Origin: Candidatus Omnitrophota bacterium
GTDB taxonomy: Bacteria > Omnitrophota > Gorgyraeia > Duberdicusellales > 4484-171
Assembly (NCBI GenBank): GCA_016935525.1
Contig: JAFGQU010000004.1
Span: forward strand, 1,314 to 65,313
Direction: 5' to 3'
Length of the DNA stretch: 64,000 nt
A program made the position numbers and the translations under genes. Under the pieces are notes generated by a model that saw only the letters and a program-made list of their open reading frames with translations, did no database searches and was not told the origin of the DNA. Position 1 is the first letter of the stretch. Every line of letters begins with the position of its first letter. This document shows, piece by piece, positions 1 through 9,221 of this stretch.

Positions 1-353
1 TTGGCATAGATAATAGGGCAATCAGGCGTCTTGATATCAACAATAAAGATCCCATCCGAGGTTGATTCTACAGCTTGGGTAAGAATATGTATTTGTCCTT
101 CGGCGAGTTTCTGATGCTCTCCCTCCAACTTTAGCTGTTCATCTCTTAATTTCAGTTTACCATTGCGGTACTGGACCTCTTTTTTCAGACCATTACGGGT
201 TTCCCTTAGACGATTAACTGTTTTTTTTAATCGAGCACGTTCCTCATTACGGGATTCATGTTTCTTGGGTTTACCTATTTTTGATTTAACAATCTTCTTG
301 GAAGTCGGGCGGTTTCGTTTACCATGGATGATTTTATGTTTACTTCGTTTCAT
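1..353 (-). CDS. N-terminal fragment of a PAS-domain sensor protein, truncated by the window edge. A basic coiled-coil region is followed by a PAS-like stretch. This ORF is not in the supplied ORF track.
   Basis: Reverse-strand ATG at 353..351 opens a frame that runs to the window start. Translation begins MKRSKHKIIHGKRNRP..ERARLKKTVNRLRETRNGLKKEVQYRNGKLKLRDEQLKLEGEHQKLAEGQIHILTQAVESTSDGIFIVDIKTPDCPIIYA. The leucine-zipper-like heptads and the TSDGIFIVD segment are typical of a PAS core. No obvious Shine-Dalgarno sequence. Confidence 0.35.
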   Translation of the reverse strand, partial: MKRSKHKIIHGKRNRPTSKKIVKSKIGKPKKHESRNEERARLKKTVNRLRETRNGLKKEVQYRNGKLKLRDEQLKLEGEHQKLAEGQIHILTQAVESTSDGIFIVDIKTPDCPIIYA

Positions 354-477
354 TATAATGCTTTATATCTTCTGGTATCGGGGCTTCTTACGGTTTTTTC
401 CTAATTATATCGCTCTGTTCCGACATGTCAATATTACTTTAAAGGGGGAAAAATCCGGCTTCCGCCAGACTTGTGCG

Positions 478-700
478 CCCTCTGGCGTAGGCGGATAAAC
501 TCCGTGTCCCGTGGAAATCCGCTCGCTCCGTTGCTGGAAGCTCACGGAAGCACTGAGACGAAATTACAGGTAGGTGAGGGTAGCCGATGAGGACGCAGGG
601 ATGCCGCGCCTTCCATCTATGCAGGCAAGGCAGACCGACGCCGCAAGTCAGATTGTATCAAGGGGCTTTCCTTGCTGATATCCACGGGCGACGCCAGAGG
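478..700 (+). ncRNA. Candidate structured RNA or riboswitch-like 5' leader upstream of the radical SAM/SPASM gene. Its class could not be identified.
   Basis: GC-rich segment inside an otherwise AT-rich intergenic region. A long-range closing helix pairs 478..488 (ccctctggcgt) with 691..700 (acgccagagg), and 508..514 (cccgtgg) with 683..689 (ccacggg). There is an internal hairpin at 653..668. Segment 567..580 (caggtaggtgaggg) is complementary to 793..808 (ccctcaccgctacctg), giving possible alternative pairing. No ORF longer than 45 aa lies in the region. Confidence 0.3.
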
Positions 701-885
701 TGGAAAATAGTGAATCGGCGGATATTATCTTAAAGAAGAAAAACAATGTTCTAATATATATTTTCATAATCGTAACGCGTATTAAGCTTAAACCCTCACC
801 GCTACCTGCCCGCCCTTCCTGAGTACAATCAGGAAGCAAGCGGTCCGCTATTCGCTAAACGCTCCCTTTAGTGTATAATACGTCC

Positions 886-1875
886 ATGAAAGAAAATACG
901 TTTACACCCCAGGAGATCATGTTTTCGCCGACCACTCAGTGCAATCTCCATTGCGCGCATTGTGATACTGAACAAACCGGGAAGGTTCTTCCCAAAAAGG
1001 CCGCCCTTAAATTCCTGGACGCATGCAATAGATCCGGGATTAAACGGGTAGGGTTTACCGGTGGTGAACCGTTTTACGCGCTCGACTTTCTCTGTCTTAT
1101 CTCGAAAGAAGCGGTCCGGAGGGAAATGTTTTTTGATCATATAATAACCAACGCCAGTTGGTTTAAGACCGAAAAAGAATTACGTTCGGCACTGAACCGG
1201 CTGTTTAAATCCGGATACGACGGGAAATTTTTTGTAAGCGTTGACGCGTTCCACCGTCAGGATTTACGAAAAGTCGCCTCGTTCATAAAAACCGCAAGCC
1301 GGATCTGGACGCGGCCAGATATCGTTTCGATTGCCAGCGTAAAAGGGACAAGAGAAAACGAAACCAGAAAAAAACTTAAAAAACTTGCCGTCATCCTTAA
1401 CGCCCGGTTTACCGGGCTGACGTCTCAAGCCCCCCGTATAAAGAACCAAAACCTTATCATCAATATCTTTTCGTTTAATCTTAGTCCGGTAGGCAGGGCG
1501 GCCGGATTAAAAGATCCCTGGGACGGAAAATGGTTTAAAGACGATTTCTGTAAAGGTCCCGGCCATATTTTTTTCGTACTTTCCGACCAAACCGTAAAAC
1601 CGTGCTGCGGATACGCGCATAAAGCGGATATTCTTACTCTCGGTTCGATACGCCGGGATAGCCCGCGGCAACTTTTATTACACGCGCGGAAAAACCGGTT
1701 TATCTCTACTGTGTTCGAATCCGGACTGCACGTGATCAGAAAACAACTCGAATCGTCCGGCGTACGGTTCCCGGGTAAAACCACAAACCATTGTTTCTTC
1801 TGTTATTACCTTACGCACCATATATCACGGCTGACCCTCAACCGTTGTCTTAACGCGCTCCGTAAAAAGCCTTAA
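886..1875 (+). CDS. Radical SAM protein with a C-terminal SPASM/twitch-like domain.
   Basis: CNLHCAHC (CxxxCxxC) lies about 20 aa from the N-terminus. The C-terminal motif VKPCCGYAHKADILTLGS is SPASM-like. The track ORF begins at GTG 871, but ATG 886 (MKENTF..) is preferred. Confidence 0.7.
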   Translation: MKENTFTPQEIMFSPTTQCNLHCAHCDTEQTGKVLPKKAALKFLDACNRSGIKRVGFTGGEPFYALDFLCLISKEAVRREMFFDHIITNASWFKTEKELRSALNRLFKSGYDGKFFVSVDAFHRQDLRKVASFIKTASRIWTRPDIVSIASVKGTRENETRKKLKKLAVILNARFTGLTSQAPRIKNQNLIINIFSFNLSPVGRAAGLKDPWDGKWFKDDFCKGPGHIFFVLSDQTVKPCCGYAHKADILTLGSIRRDSPRQLLLHARKNRFISTVFESGLHVIRKQLESSGVRFPGKTTNHCFFCYYLTHHISRLTLNRCLNALRKKP

Positions 1876-1934
1876 ATACTTCAAAAAATAGAGAAGTTAT
1901 TCAATAAAAAGGAGAGAGTTAACCTTTGCTCTAC

Positions 1935-4217
1935 TCAACCGGACAACTTCACCGTACGTAATCGAAGAGCGTTACCGATCACCGAAACCGAACTGAAACT
2001 CATCGCGGCACCGGCAATCATCGGATTCAACAATAATCCTAAAAAAGGATAGAGTATACCGGCCGCGACCGGGATACCCAGCGCGTTATAGATAAACGCA
2101 AAAAACAGGTTCTGACGGATATTACGCATCACCGCCCGGCTTAAAGTTAACGCGTTCACGATACCGGTTAAATCGCCTTTTACCAAAGTAATCCCGGCGC
2201 TTTCGATAGCGACATCCGTTCCGGTCCCCATCGCCACGCCGACTTCAGCTTCGGCTAACGCCGGCGCGTCGTTGATCCCGTCGCCGGCGGCCATAACGAA
2301 CGCGCCTTCTCGTTTCAACTTTTTCACGATATCCTGTTTATCTTTCGGTTCAAGACCCGCATAGACTTCAGTGATACCTAATTCTTCAGCGATCGCCCGG
2401 GCAGTTTTTTGATTATCACCGGTCACCATGACGATCTTGAGTCCCATCTTATGTAACGCATCAATCGCACCCGGTGTCGTTTCTTTTATAGGGTCAGCGA
2501 CACTAAGTATCCCGGCTATCCGCTCTGCGACCGCGACCCAGATAACCGTTTCGGCTTTCTCCTGAAGCTGGACGGCTTTCTTTTTCAGTTCTTCGGGCAG
2601 ACCTATTCCGGAGCTTTCAATGAATTTTTGTTTCCCCAGAAAGACAGCCTTGCCGTTCAGCGCACCTTTCACTCCACCGCCGGTTACGGACTGAAAATCA
2701 TCAATCGGGTCTAATTCGGCCCCTTTCTCTTTCGCATGTGCAACAACGGCGCGCGCGAGGGGATGTTCACTGCTTTGTTCAAGAGAAGCCGCAACATTCA
2801 ACAATGCCGGTTCAATCCACCCGTCGGCGGTAATCACCGTCTTTACGTGCGGTTTCCCGGCAGTCAACGTGCCGGTCTTATCGGTAAGGAGATGGGTAAC
2901 TTTTTCGCACTTCTCGATCGCTTCGGCATTTTTGATCAATATTCCCGATTGCGCGCCGCGGCCGACACCGACCATGACCGATATCGGTGTTGCCAATCCT
3001 AACGCGCAGGGACAGGCAATGATCAGGACCGAAATCGCGCTGACCAACGCGTACGCTAAAGCCGGCCGGGGACCAAATACAAACCATACGATAAAGGCGA
3101 CAACAGCACAGGCCAGTACCGCGGGAACAAAATAACCGGAAACCTTATCGGCAAGGGTTTGAATCGGAGCGCGGCTGCGTTGCGCCTGGGCTACCATATC
3201 CACGATCTGGGAAAGTAATGTTTCCGACCCGACCTTTTCGGTACGCATGACGAACGTGCCGGTCTGGTTCACGGTCGCGCCGATGACCCGGTCACCTTCC
3301 TTTTTAGTCACCGGAAGAGGTTCGCCGGAGATCATCGATTCATCGACCGTGCTTTTTCCTTCAATAATGATACCATCTAAAGGAACTTTTTCGCCGGGAC
3401 GTACCCGCAACATATCGCCTTTTTGTACCTCTTCGATAGCGACCTCTTCTTCTTTACCGTCACTAATACGATGCGCACCTTTGGCGGCAAGGCCGAGTAA
3501 CGCTTTGATCGCTTGTCCCGTCCGCGTACGGGCCCGCGCCTCCAGAAGCTGGCCGAGAAGTACCAATACGGTAATAACTGTCGCAGCTTCAAAATAGAGG
3601 CCGATCTCGCCGGCCTGCTTCAATGACGCAGGGAAAATACCGGGAAACAATACCGCCAGAGCGCTGAACCCGTATGCCGCGCCCACACCCATCGCGATCA
3701 AAGTGAACATATTCGGGCTTTTATGTAAGATCGAACGCCAAGCTTTTACAAAAAAAATGCTGCCGGACCAGAACACGACCGGAGTCGCCAGAATAAACTG
3801 GACCCAACGGGAAAATCCGGAAGGGATAACTGTTCGTAGATCAAAGCCCGGGATCATCTCGCCCAGAGCAAGGATGAAAACAGGTAATGTTAAGGTCAGT
3901 CCGATCCAGAATCTATGAAATAATGACCGTGTTTCCCGGTTATCGTTTTCGTCTGCGCCGGCGACGTTTTTTAGTTCAAGATGCATACCGCATTTCGGAC
4001 AATCGCCGGGAGTATCCTGTTCGATCTCAGGATGCATCGGACAGGTATAAATACCGGTATCGACCCTATCGCCGGACGGACGGCTCTTATGTAAGAACTT
4101 GTCCTGACATTTTTGACTGCAGAAAAAATAGGTTTTACCGTCTTTTTCTGATCTCAACGAATTCTGCTCATTTACCGCCATACCACAAATAGGGTCTTTA
4201 GTCATATTTTTCACCAC
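1935..4217 (-). CDS. copA: Copper(I)-translocating P1B-type ATPase with N-terminal TRASH/YHS-like and CPMHPE metal-binding motifs.
   Basis: Motifs found: [24 protein letters not shown], the transmembrane CPC motif ([13 protein letters not shown]), DKTGTLT, TGDN and GDGINDAP. Confidence 0.9.
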   Translation of the reverse strand: MVKNMTKDPICGMAVNEQNSLRSEKDGKTYFFCSQKCQDKFLHKSRPSGDRVDTGIYTCPMHPEIEQDTPGDCPKCGMHLELKNVAGADENDNRETRSLFHRFWIGLTLTLPVFILALGEMIPGFDLRTVIPSGFSRWVQFILATPVVFWSGSIFFVKAWRSILHKSPNMFTLIAMGVGAAYGFSALAVLFPGIFPASLKQAGEIGLYFEAATVITVLVLLGQLLEARARTRTGQAIKALLGLAAKGAHRISDGKEEEVAIEEVQKGDMLRVRPGEKVPLDGIIIEGKSTVDESMISGEPLPVTKKEGDRVIGATVNQTGTFVMRTEKVGSETLLSQIVDMVAQAQRSRAPIQTLADKVSGYFVPAVLACAVVAFIVWFVFGPRPALAYALVSAISVLIIACPCALGLATPISVMVGVGRGAQSGILIKNAEAIEKCEKVTHLLTDKTGTLTAGKPHVKTVITADGWIEPALLNVAASLEQSSEHPLARAVVAHAKEKGAELDPIDDFQSVTGGGVKGALNGKAVFLGKQKFIESSGIGLPEELKKKAVQLQEKAETVIWVAVAERIAGILSVADPIKETTPGAIDALHKMGLKIVMVTGDNQKTARAIAEELGITEVYAGLEPKDKQDIVKKLKREGAFVMAAGDGINDAPALAEAEVGVAMGTGTDVAIESAGITLVKGDLTGIVNALTLSRAVMRNIRQNLFFAFIYNALGIPVAAGILYPFLGLLLNPMIAGAAMSFSSVSVIGNALRLRTVKLSG

Positions 4218-4259
4218 CTATTTTATATTATTTACTGATCGACAAGCAGGATCTCTCGG

Positions 4260-4742
4260 TCACTGGACAATATCCCGAGTGATATCGCCGCTGGGTTTTA
4301 TCTGGCTGACTTCTTTTATCCTGATCTTTAAAATACTCACGGTTTTAAGCGAAATAAGTTCATCCACAAGACTGCGCGTGCTTTTCCTCACTCCCTGGAT
4401 GACTCGTTCGGTAGCTAATCTGACCTGTTTACTGTTCATCTCACCAGAAAGCTGCCGGAACACGTCGCCTTTATCGATCACCTCGGCCCTACCGTACAAT
4501 TGATAGCCGATGACTTTATTCATATCGACCGCCGATAAAGAGATCTTCGGGTTACGTTTTATGTTTTTATAGGTCCGGCCCACGACGAAATCGACCAGAT
4601 AAATATAGTTGTCCTCTATCTTTAACAAGGGTTTGGCGGACGTATGCGGCCGGCCGCGTTTATCGGAAGTACCGATAAACAGAAATACCTGGCGCCGCAA
4701 AAAATCCATGATCTCTTTTGTAAATAATTTTCTGTCTATCAC
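4260..4742 (-). CDS. Pyridoxamine 5'-phosphate oxidase-like FMN-binding protein.
   Basis: FIGTSDKRGRPHTSAKP and YQLYGRAEV fit the PNPOx split-barrel pattern. The start overlaps the stop of the upstream radical SAM gene (ATGA), indicating translational coupling. Confidence 0.5.
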   Translation of the reverse strand: MIDRKLFTKEIMDFLRRQVFLFIGTSDKRGRPHTSAKPLLKIEDNYIYLVDFVVGRTYKNIKRNPKISLSAVDMNKVIGYQLYGRAEVIDKGDVFRQLSGEMNSKQVRLATERVIQGVRKSTRSLVDELISLKTVSILKIRIKEVSQIKPSGDITRDIVQ

Positions 4743-6421
4743 GGCCTATTCTTCCTTACATGGGTTTGCGCTTCTTTCAGTTGATCAAGAAACGTGCTTT
4801 TCTTAAATTTCTGGGTCCACCCTTTCATCACTATCCAGCCTCCGAAACGGGCCAGACTGTTCCGCCACGGCCGGTACCATTGTCTCCATCCTGATTTGAT
4901 GTTATGCAGAAAAAAGATCATCGCGGGGAACGTGAACACGTGGATACCGATCATAAACATGTATTTTAACTGGTAAAACCGGCCCATGATCTTATGCATC
5001 GCGACCTGTAATTCCTGGGCCGAAAGCGGCGCGTCGGGTTCAAATATCGGAAAATTACCGTCATAATATTCCCATCCGATATCGGCAAGCGGATAGACCC
5101 GGTTCTGATGTTGAAGGCGGTCCCGTAATTGAGTACCCGGTAACGGGACCGGTAATAATACCTGTATCGTATCGATCTTCGCTTTTTTGATAAACGTCCT
5201 GTACCGTTTGATCCGTTCGTTAAGAGATATTTTTGGGGCCGACGCCTCTTTGAACGGGTAGCCGAAAATAAACATCCCGTGTACCAGAAACCCGAACCGG
5301 TGATAGACCCGCGCAAGTTCTATCATGTCTTCAGGCCGTAACCGTTTATTCATCGCTTTTAATTCTTCTTCGATCGGCGATTCAAAACCGATGGCTACCG
5401 TATTGATACCGGCGGAACGCATAGCTTTAAGTAATTCAGGATCTTTCGCGTTATCCAACCGTATTTGGACCGTCACATCTAACCGTTTACGTGTACGCAA
5501 CTGATAATCCCGTAACATATGACAAAACCGTATAGTCTCATCCCTGTACTGGCCGAATAAGTCGTCTATAATAAAAAAATGCCGGGCATCATAAGTTTCT
5601 AAAAGGACTTTGATCTGTTCAAGCAACCGTTCCGAAGAAGCGCATCGAGGTTTACCTTTGACGGCACAGAACTCGCAATCCATCCCGCACCCGCGGATTT
5701 TCCCGATCGGATACATTTTGATCCGGGCATACCGGACCAGTGAAAAATCAGGGATCGGTAACGCGTCGAAATCGGTGATCGGCTCGCGCGGGGCGGTGAC
5801 CATGACCTGATGCTCTTTCAAATACGCGATACCCGGGATCTGGCTGATCTCTTTCGTACCGGTAAAACTTTTAAGCAGTTCTTTTATCGTCTCCTCTCCT
5901 TCACCGATCACCACATAATCTATACCCGATTCTAACGCTTCCCGGATATTGTCGCCGGCAAAATGCTGTCCTCCGGCGATAGTAATGACCCCTCTTTCTT
6001 TATAAAACCGCGCTACATCATAAAGCCGGGGGATCGTACTGGTAAGCCCGCCGTAGAACCCGACTACATCCGCGGGACGCTCCTGCTGTAAATACTCGTG
6101 GTTTGCGCCGCGTGAACCTCTTGGCCCATACCCGCGAAGATTGTTTTCGTCAATTACCTCGACATCCCAATTTTCCATCTTGTTGACGGTAGTGGCGATA
6201 CATACCGGGCCGAGCGCGGTCGTCTTATCGGCAATATTCGAATAGATGTTAAACGCCGGATATACGGGATTTATGAGCCTGAATCGGTGTCTTTTTTTTG
6301 TTATATCAAACATAATTATAAAAGTGAATCTCCTCGGACTAAAAGCCCGAGGCTTCTTCACGTTCCGCCAAACTCCGTTCGGCGGGACATCCGCCTGAGG
6401 CGGATAATTTCTCGCATTCAT
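4739..6421 (-). CDS. B12-binding-domain radical SAM protein with a hydrophobic C-terminal extension.
   Basis: N-terminal Rossmann-like B12-binding region (VVGFYGGLTSTIPRLYDVARFYKERGVITIAGGQH). The radical SAM motif is CGMDCEFC (CxxxCxxC). Confidence 0.75.
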   Translation of the reverse strand: MNARNYPPQADVPPNGVWRNVKKPRAFSPRRFTFIIMFDITKKRHRFRLINPVYPAFNIYSNIADKTTALGPVCIATTVNKMENWDVEVIDENNLRGYGPRGSRGANHEYLQQERPADVVGFYGGLTSTIPRLYDVARFYKERGVITIAGGQHFAGDNIREALESGIDYVVIGEGEETIKELLKSFTGTKEISQIPGIAYLKEHQVMVTAPREPITDFDALPIPDFSLVRYARIKMYPIGKIRGCGMDCEFCAVKGKPRCASSERLLEQIKVLLETYDARHFFIIDDLFGQYRDETIRFCHMLRDYQLRTRKRLDVTVQIRLDNAKDPELLKAMRSAGINTVAIGFESPIEEELKAMNKRLRPEDMIELARVYHRFGFLVHGMFIFGYPFKEASAPKISLNERIKRYRTFIKKAKIDTIQVLLPVPLPGTQLRDRLQHQNRVYPLADIGWEYYDGNFPIFEPDAPLSAQELQVAMHKIMGRFYQLKYMFMIGIHVFTFPAMIFFLHNIKSGWRQWYRPWRNSLARFGGWIVMKGWTQKFKKSTFLDQLKEAQTHVRKNRP

Positions 6422-6503
6422 TCCCGGTGTGAAGCCCGGGGATTTCTGCGTAGAAATTAAAGAAATTTAGCCCATCCTTATTTTATACTTCTGCCGGAAA
6501 GAT

Positions 6504-7577
6504 TCAAGGGGACAATTGAGAAGGATGAGCAGGAATGATTTCTTTCATGGTATCCATCCAGGAAGGATCGTCATGGCGGACCTTCCGGTAATACCAATAT
6601 TCCACCCCCCAGAGAAAAACGGTGTCGAACCCCACCGACGCCATTTCTTTAAACACCGAAGTATAGCTCTGAAGGGGGCACATCAATTCTTCTTCATCCG
6701 CGTGGACAAGCTTGCCGGGTTCCCAGGGTTCCGCCTGGAGTTCGGTGACCCAGGCCTCTTTCTGCTGTCCGTGCACTTTTTGTACAAGAGAACGTATATA
6801 GAAAACCAGCTGTTCCATCCGTGTCTTAAAACAGAATCTCATACCGCCCCATTTATGCCCTATCACCGGATAGATATTAAAAGCGGGTATATCCGCTATT
6901 CCTACCGTTTCCCGTATCGGGTCGCGCCGGTAGATCAACCGGAAAAGAAGACGTAAGAATGTATTAGAGGTAGCCAGCACATTCACCACGACCGGCCGGT
7001 TTTCAGGATCGAGTCGTCTCACCAGCGCGATCTCTTCTTGAAGGAAATCTCTTCCGATCCGCCAGCCGAAAGGGCCGGAATGATTGAAGGGTTCGTTCTC
7101 TATCTGCCAGGCGTATACCGCTTCATGTTCACGATAACGGCCGACTACTTTACGGATAAACTTCAGCACTGCCGCGCGCACTTCTTCATGTTGAGTTATA
7201 TCGGCGCCGCGGCGCATCCTGATCTTTACTTTCAGCCAGTCCGGCAGATAATACTCGGGCCAACGCGGCGACTTCATCCCTACCGTCAGGAGCACTTTTA
7301 TTTTCTTTTGGGCCGCGATATCCAATTGCCAATCAAGTTCGGAAAAATCGTATTCCCCTTCTTCTCTTTCTATCCGCGACCAGTAGGCACCGAGGCGTAA
7401 GAACTCGAAATCCATGCCGGTGATCTCTTCATACGTCTCTTTCCAATCGATACCGAGATAATCGCATTGCTGCTGACTGAATGTAGTTCCCAGGCGCGGT
7501 TCGGCGGCAGGACATAAACCGATGGCCACACTGTGCAATAGGATAACTGCGGACAAAATGAAGAGTCTCATAGGCAT
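6504..7577 (-). CDS. Secreted glycoside hydrolase, GH5-like (beta-glycanase).
   Basis: Signal peptide MPMRLFILSAVILLHSVAIG. WQIENEP matches the GH5 acid/base NEP motif. WVTELQ is a candidate nucleophile-Glu strand. Confidence 0.6.
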   Translation of the reverse strand: MPMRLFILSAVILLHSVAIGLCPAAEPRLGTTFSQQQCDYLGIDWKETYEEITGMDFEFLRLGAYWSRIEREEGEYDFSELDWQLDIAAQKKIKVLLTVGMKSPRWPEYYLPDWLKVKIRMRRGADITQHEEVRAAVLKFIRKVVGRYREHEAVYAWQIENEPFNHSGPFGWRIGRDFLQEEIALVRRLDPENRPVVVNVLATSNTFLRLLFRLIYRRDPIRETVGIADIPAFNIYPVIGHKWGGMRFCFKTRMEQLVFYIRSLVQKVHGQQKEAWVTELQAEPWEPGKLVHADEEELMCPLQSYTSVFKEMASVGFDTVFLWGVEYWYYRKVRHDDPSWMDTMKEIIPAHPSQLSP

Positions 7578-9221
7578 CTAATTTTTCCGGTATTTTTCCG
7601 TTACCCAGAATTCCATGTATTTACCTAACATCAGGCGGGTTTGCGCGTCCAGGGCGGGAACAGCGCTTAATACGATAACGGCCACCGGAATAAAGAACCA
7701 CTCGAAAACGTGTCGTACCTTTTTGAATATTCCGTATCGCACTCTGCTTTTAGGTAAAAGCAGCGAACTGATGATCATACATATGAATATTCCCATTGAT
7801 CCCAAACTATAAATCGTTCCTTTAATACGGGGAGCGGTATAATAAATCATACTCGAAGAAAACGCCTGGGAAGCGAAAAGGCCGGGCATCCATAATCCAA
7901 AAGATAAGAGAAACGACCAGGTCGCCCAGGAAATAAACCCTTCCAGCATTTTATAGGTATGAGATATTTTCTTACGAAACGGTATAGACCGGGATTTTAA
8001 AAAGGCCCGGATGACGATCGGTAAGTTCTCCACGCCCCAGGCCCAGCGGCGTTTCTGTTTATAAATATTTAAAAACGTCTTTTTCATAGACGGGCCGGTC
8101 GCGATATCCATGGAAACGATCGTATATATCGGAACAGCCTGATAATTCCCGTCATAATGGATGAACGCTTTCCAGAATATCGCCGAATCATCGGAAATCA
8201 TATCTACCGGCCAGCAGCCTACCTCCATCAACGCTTTGAACGTCATACTGTGGCTTGAAAAGGTAACCAGCTTTTGAGGATTGGTCGCTTCGATCAATTG
8301 GAAGAACGAGGTCCCGATATCGATGATCCGGGCAAAAGCCGGCGCTTCCCAGACATTATTGTGATATACGGGAATAGGTTGATAACTTGATTTTAACCGG
8401 TCGGGAGAGATCATAAAATAATACGTCAAACAACCGAAATAACGGGAGTTAGGAACGGTATCGGCATCAAAACAGGAAACCAGAACGTTTTCAAACGGAA
8501 TATTGCGTTTCGTAAGATATCCCGCGGCCCATTTGGCGGCATGAGTGGTATTTGCTCCTTTTACTTTCGCTTCACCCGGCTGACCGGCCGGATGGATGAT
8601 GACTACAAAATCGAGAAACACGCCTTTATATTTTTCTTTTATCCGATACATGTCTTGTTTGACCTCATCGGTCGCGCTTTCTTCCAGAGCGATTATGACC
8701 AAGAACCTTTTGCAAGGGTAATTGCCTTCTTTAATCGCTTTCACCCCCGGTTCTACGATATCGATAGTTTCCCGGATGACCGGGATGATCACCAGATGAT
8801 GGATATCCCGGGACAATGGCGGTAAGTCATCCCTTCGGATAAGCCCCCTCAATTGTCGACAATAGAGGTATGCCGATATCTTATTTTTGAGGCTATTGAT
8901 CTTATCCGGTTCACAAAAATCCGGTGCCCGCGATCGCAATTGATCTATGGCTGATATCCGTTCCATCCAGTCGGTATTTTTTTCGATCTCAAGACGCATG
9001 TAAGAAAGAATAAGAAAAATATTCATGTACACCAGCCTGAGCAGCCAGTAAAGGATAAACGCGATCATAAATACGGCCGCGGCGAGAGGCTGCACTATCG
9101 AAAATACAAATATTCCGATGATAATCGTCCAGCTTAACGCGCCGGGAACGATCTCCAGGAACCGTTCGAGCCTTTTTTCTTTCTCCGAGAGTACATATCG
9201 AGAATATTTGAAATCCATCAC
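7578..9221 (-). CDS. Processive family-2 glycosyltransferase (cellulose-synthase-like exopolysaccharide synthase). No PilZ domain.
   Basis: Multi-pass membrane protein. CFDADT is a DxD motif. QKRRWAWG is the Q(Q/R)xRW motif of processive GT2 synthases. The start overlaps the upstream gene stop (ATGA). Confidence 0.75.
   Translation of the reverse strand: MMDFKYSRYVLSEKEKRLERFLEIVPGALSWTIIIGIFVFSIVQPLAAAVFMIAFILYWLLRLVYMNIFLILSYMRLEIEKNTDWMERISAIDQLRSRAPDFCEPDKINSLKNKISAYLYCRQLRGLIRRDDLPPLSRDIHHLVIIPVIRETIDIVEPGVKAIKEGNYPCKRFLVIIALEESATDEVKQDMYRIKEKYKGVFLDFVVIIHPAGQPGEAKVKGANTTHAAKWAAGYLTKRNIPFENVLVSCFDADTVPNSRYFGCLTYYFMISPDRLKSSYQPIPVYHNNVWEAPAFARIIDIGTSFFQLIEATNPQKLVTFSSHSMTFKALMEVGCWPVDMISDDSAIFWKAFIHYDGNYQAVPIYTIVSMDIATGPSMKKTFLNIYKQKRRWAWGVENLPIVIRAFLKSRSIPFRKKISHTYKMLEGFISWATWSFLLSFGLWMPGLFASQAFSSSMIYYTAPRIKGTIYSLGSMGIFICMIISSLLLPKSRVRYGIFKKVRHVFEWFFIPVAVIVLSAVPALDAQTRLMLGKYMEFWVTEKYRKN

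Noticed and set aside
163-498. 111-aa plus-strand ORF in the supplied track.
   Set aside because: It overlaps the antisense PAS-domain gene (1..353), which has a clear domain signature. The translation is low-complexity and R/F/L-rich. It is likely a shadow ORF.
567-590. Resemblance of GGUAGGUGAGGGUAGCCGAUG to the 3' strand of the c-di-GMP-I (GEMM) riboswitch.
   Set aside because: Only about 17/23 positions match and the 5' GEMM elements (GCAAA..GACGCAAAGCC) are not clearly present. It is mentioned only as a lead in the leader-RNA finding.
2736-3597. Several 70 to 116-aa ORFs on both strands inside copA.
   Set aside because: They lie within a high-confidence P-type ATPase CDS and are typical GC-rich shadow frames.
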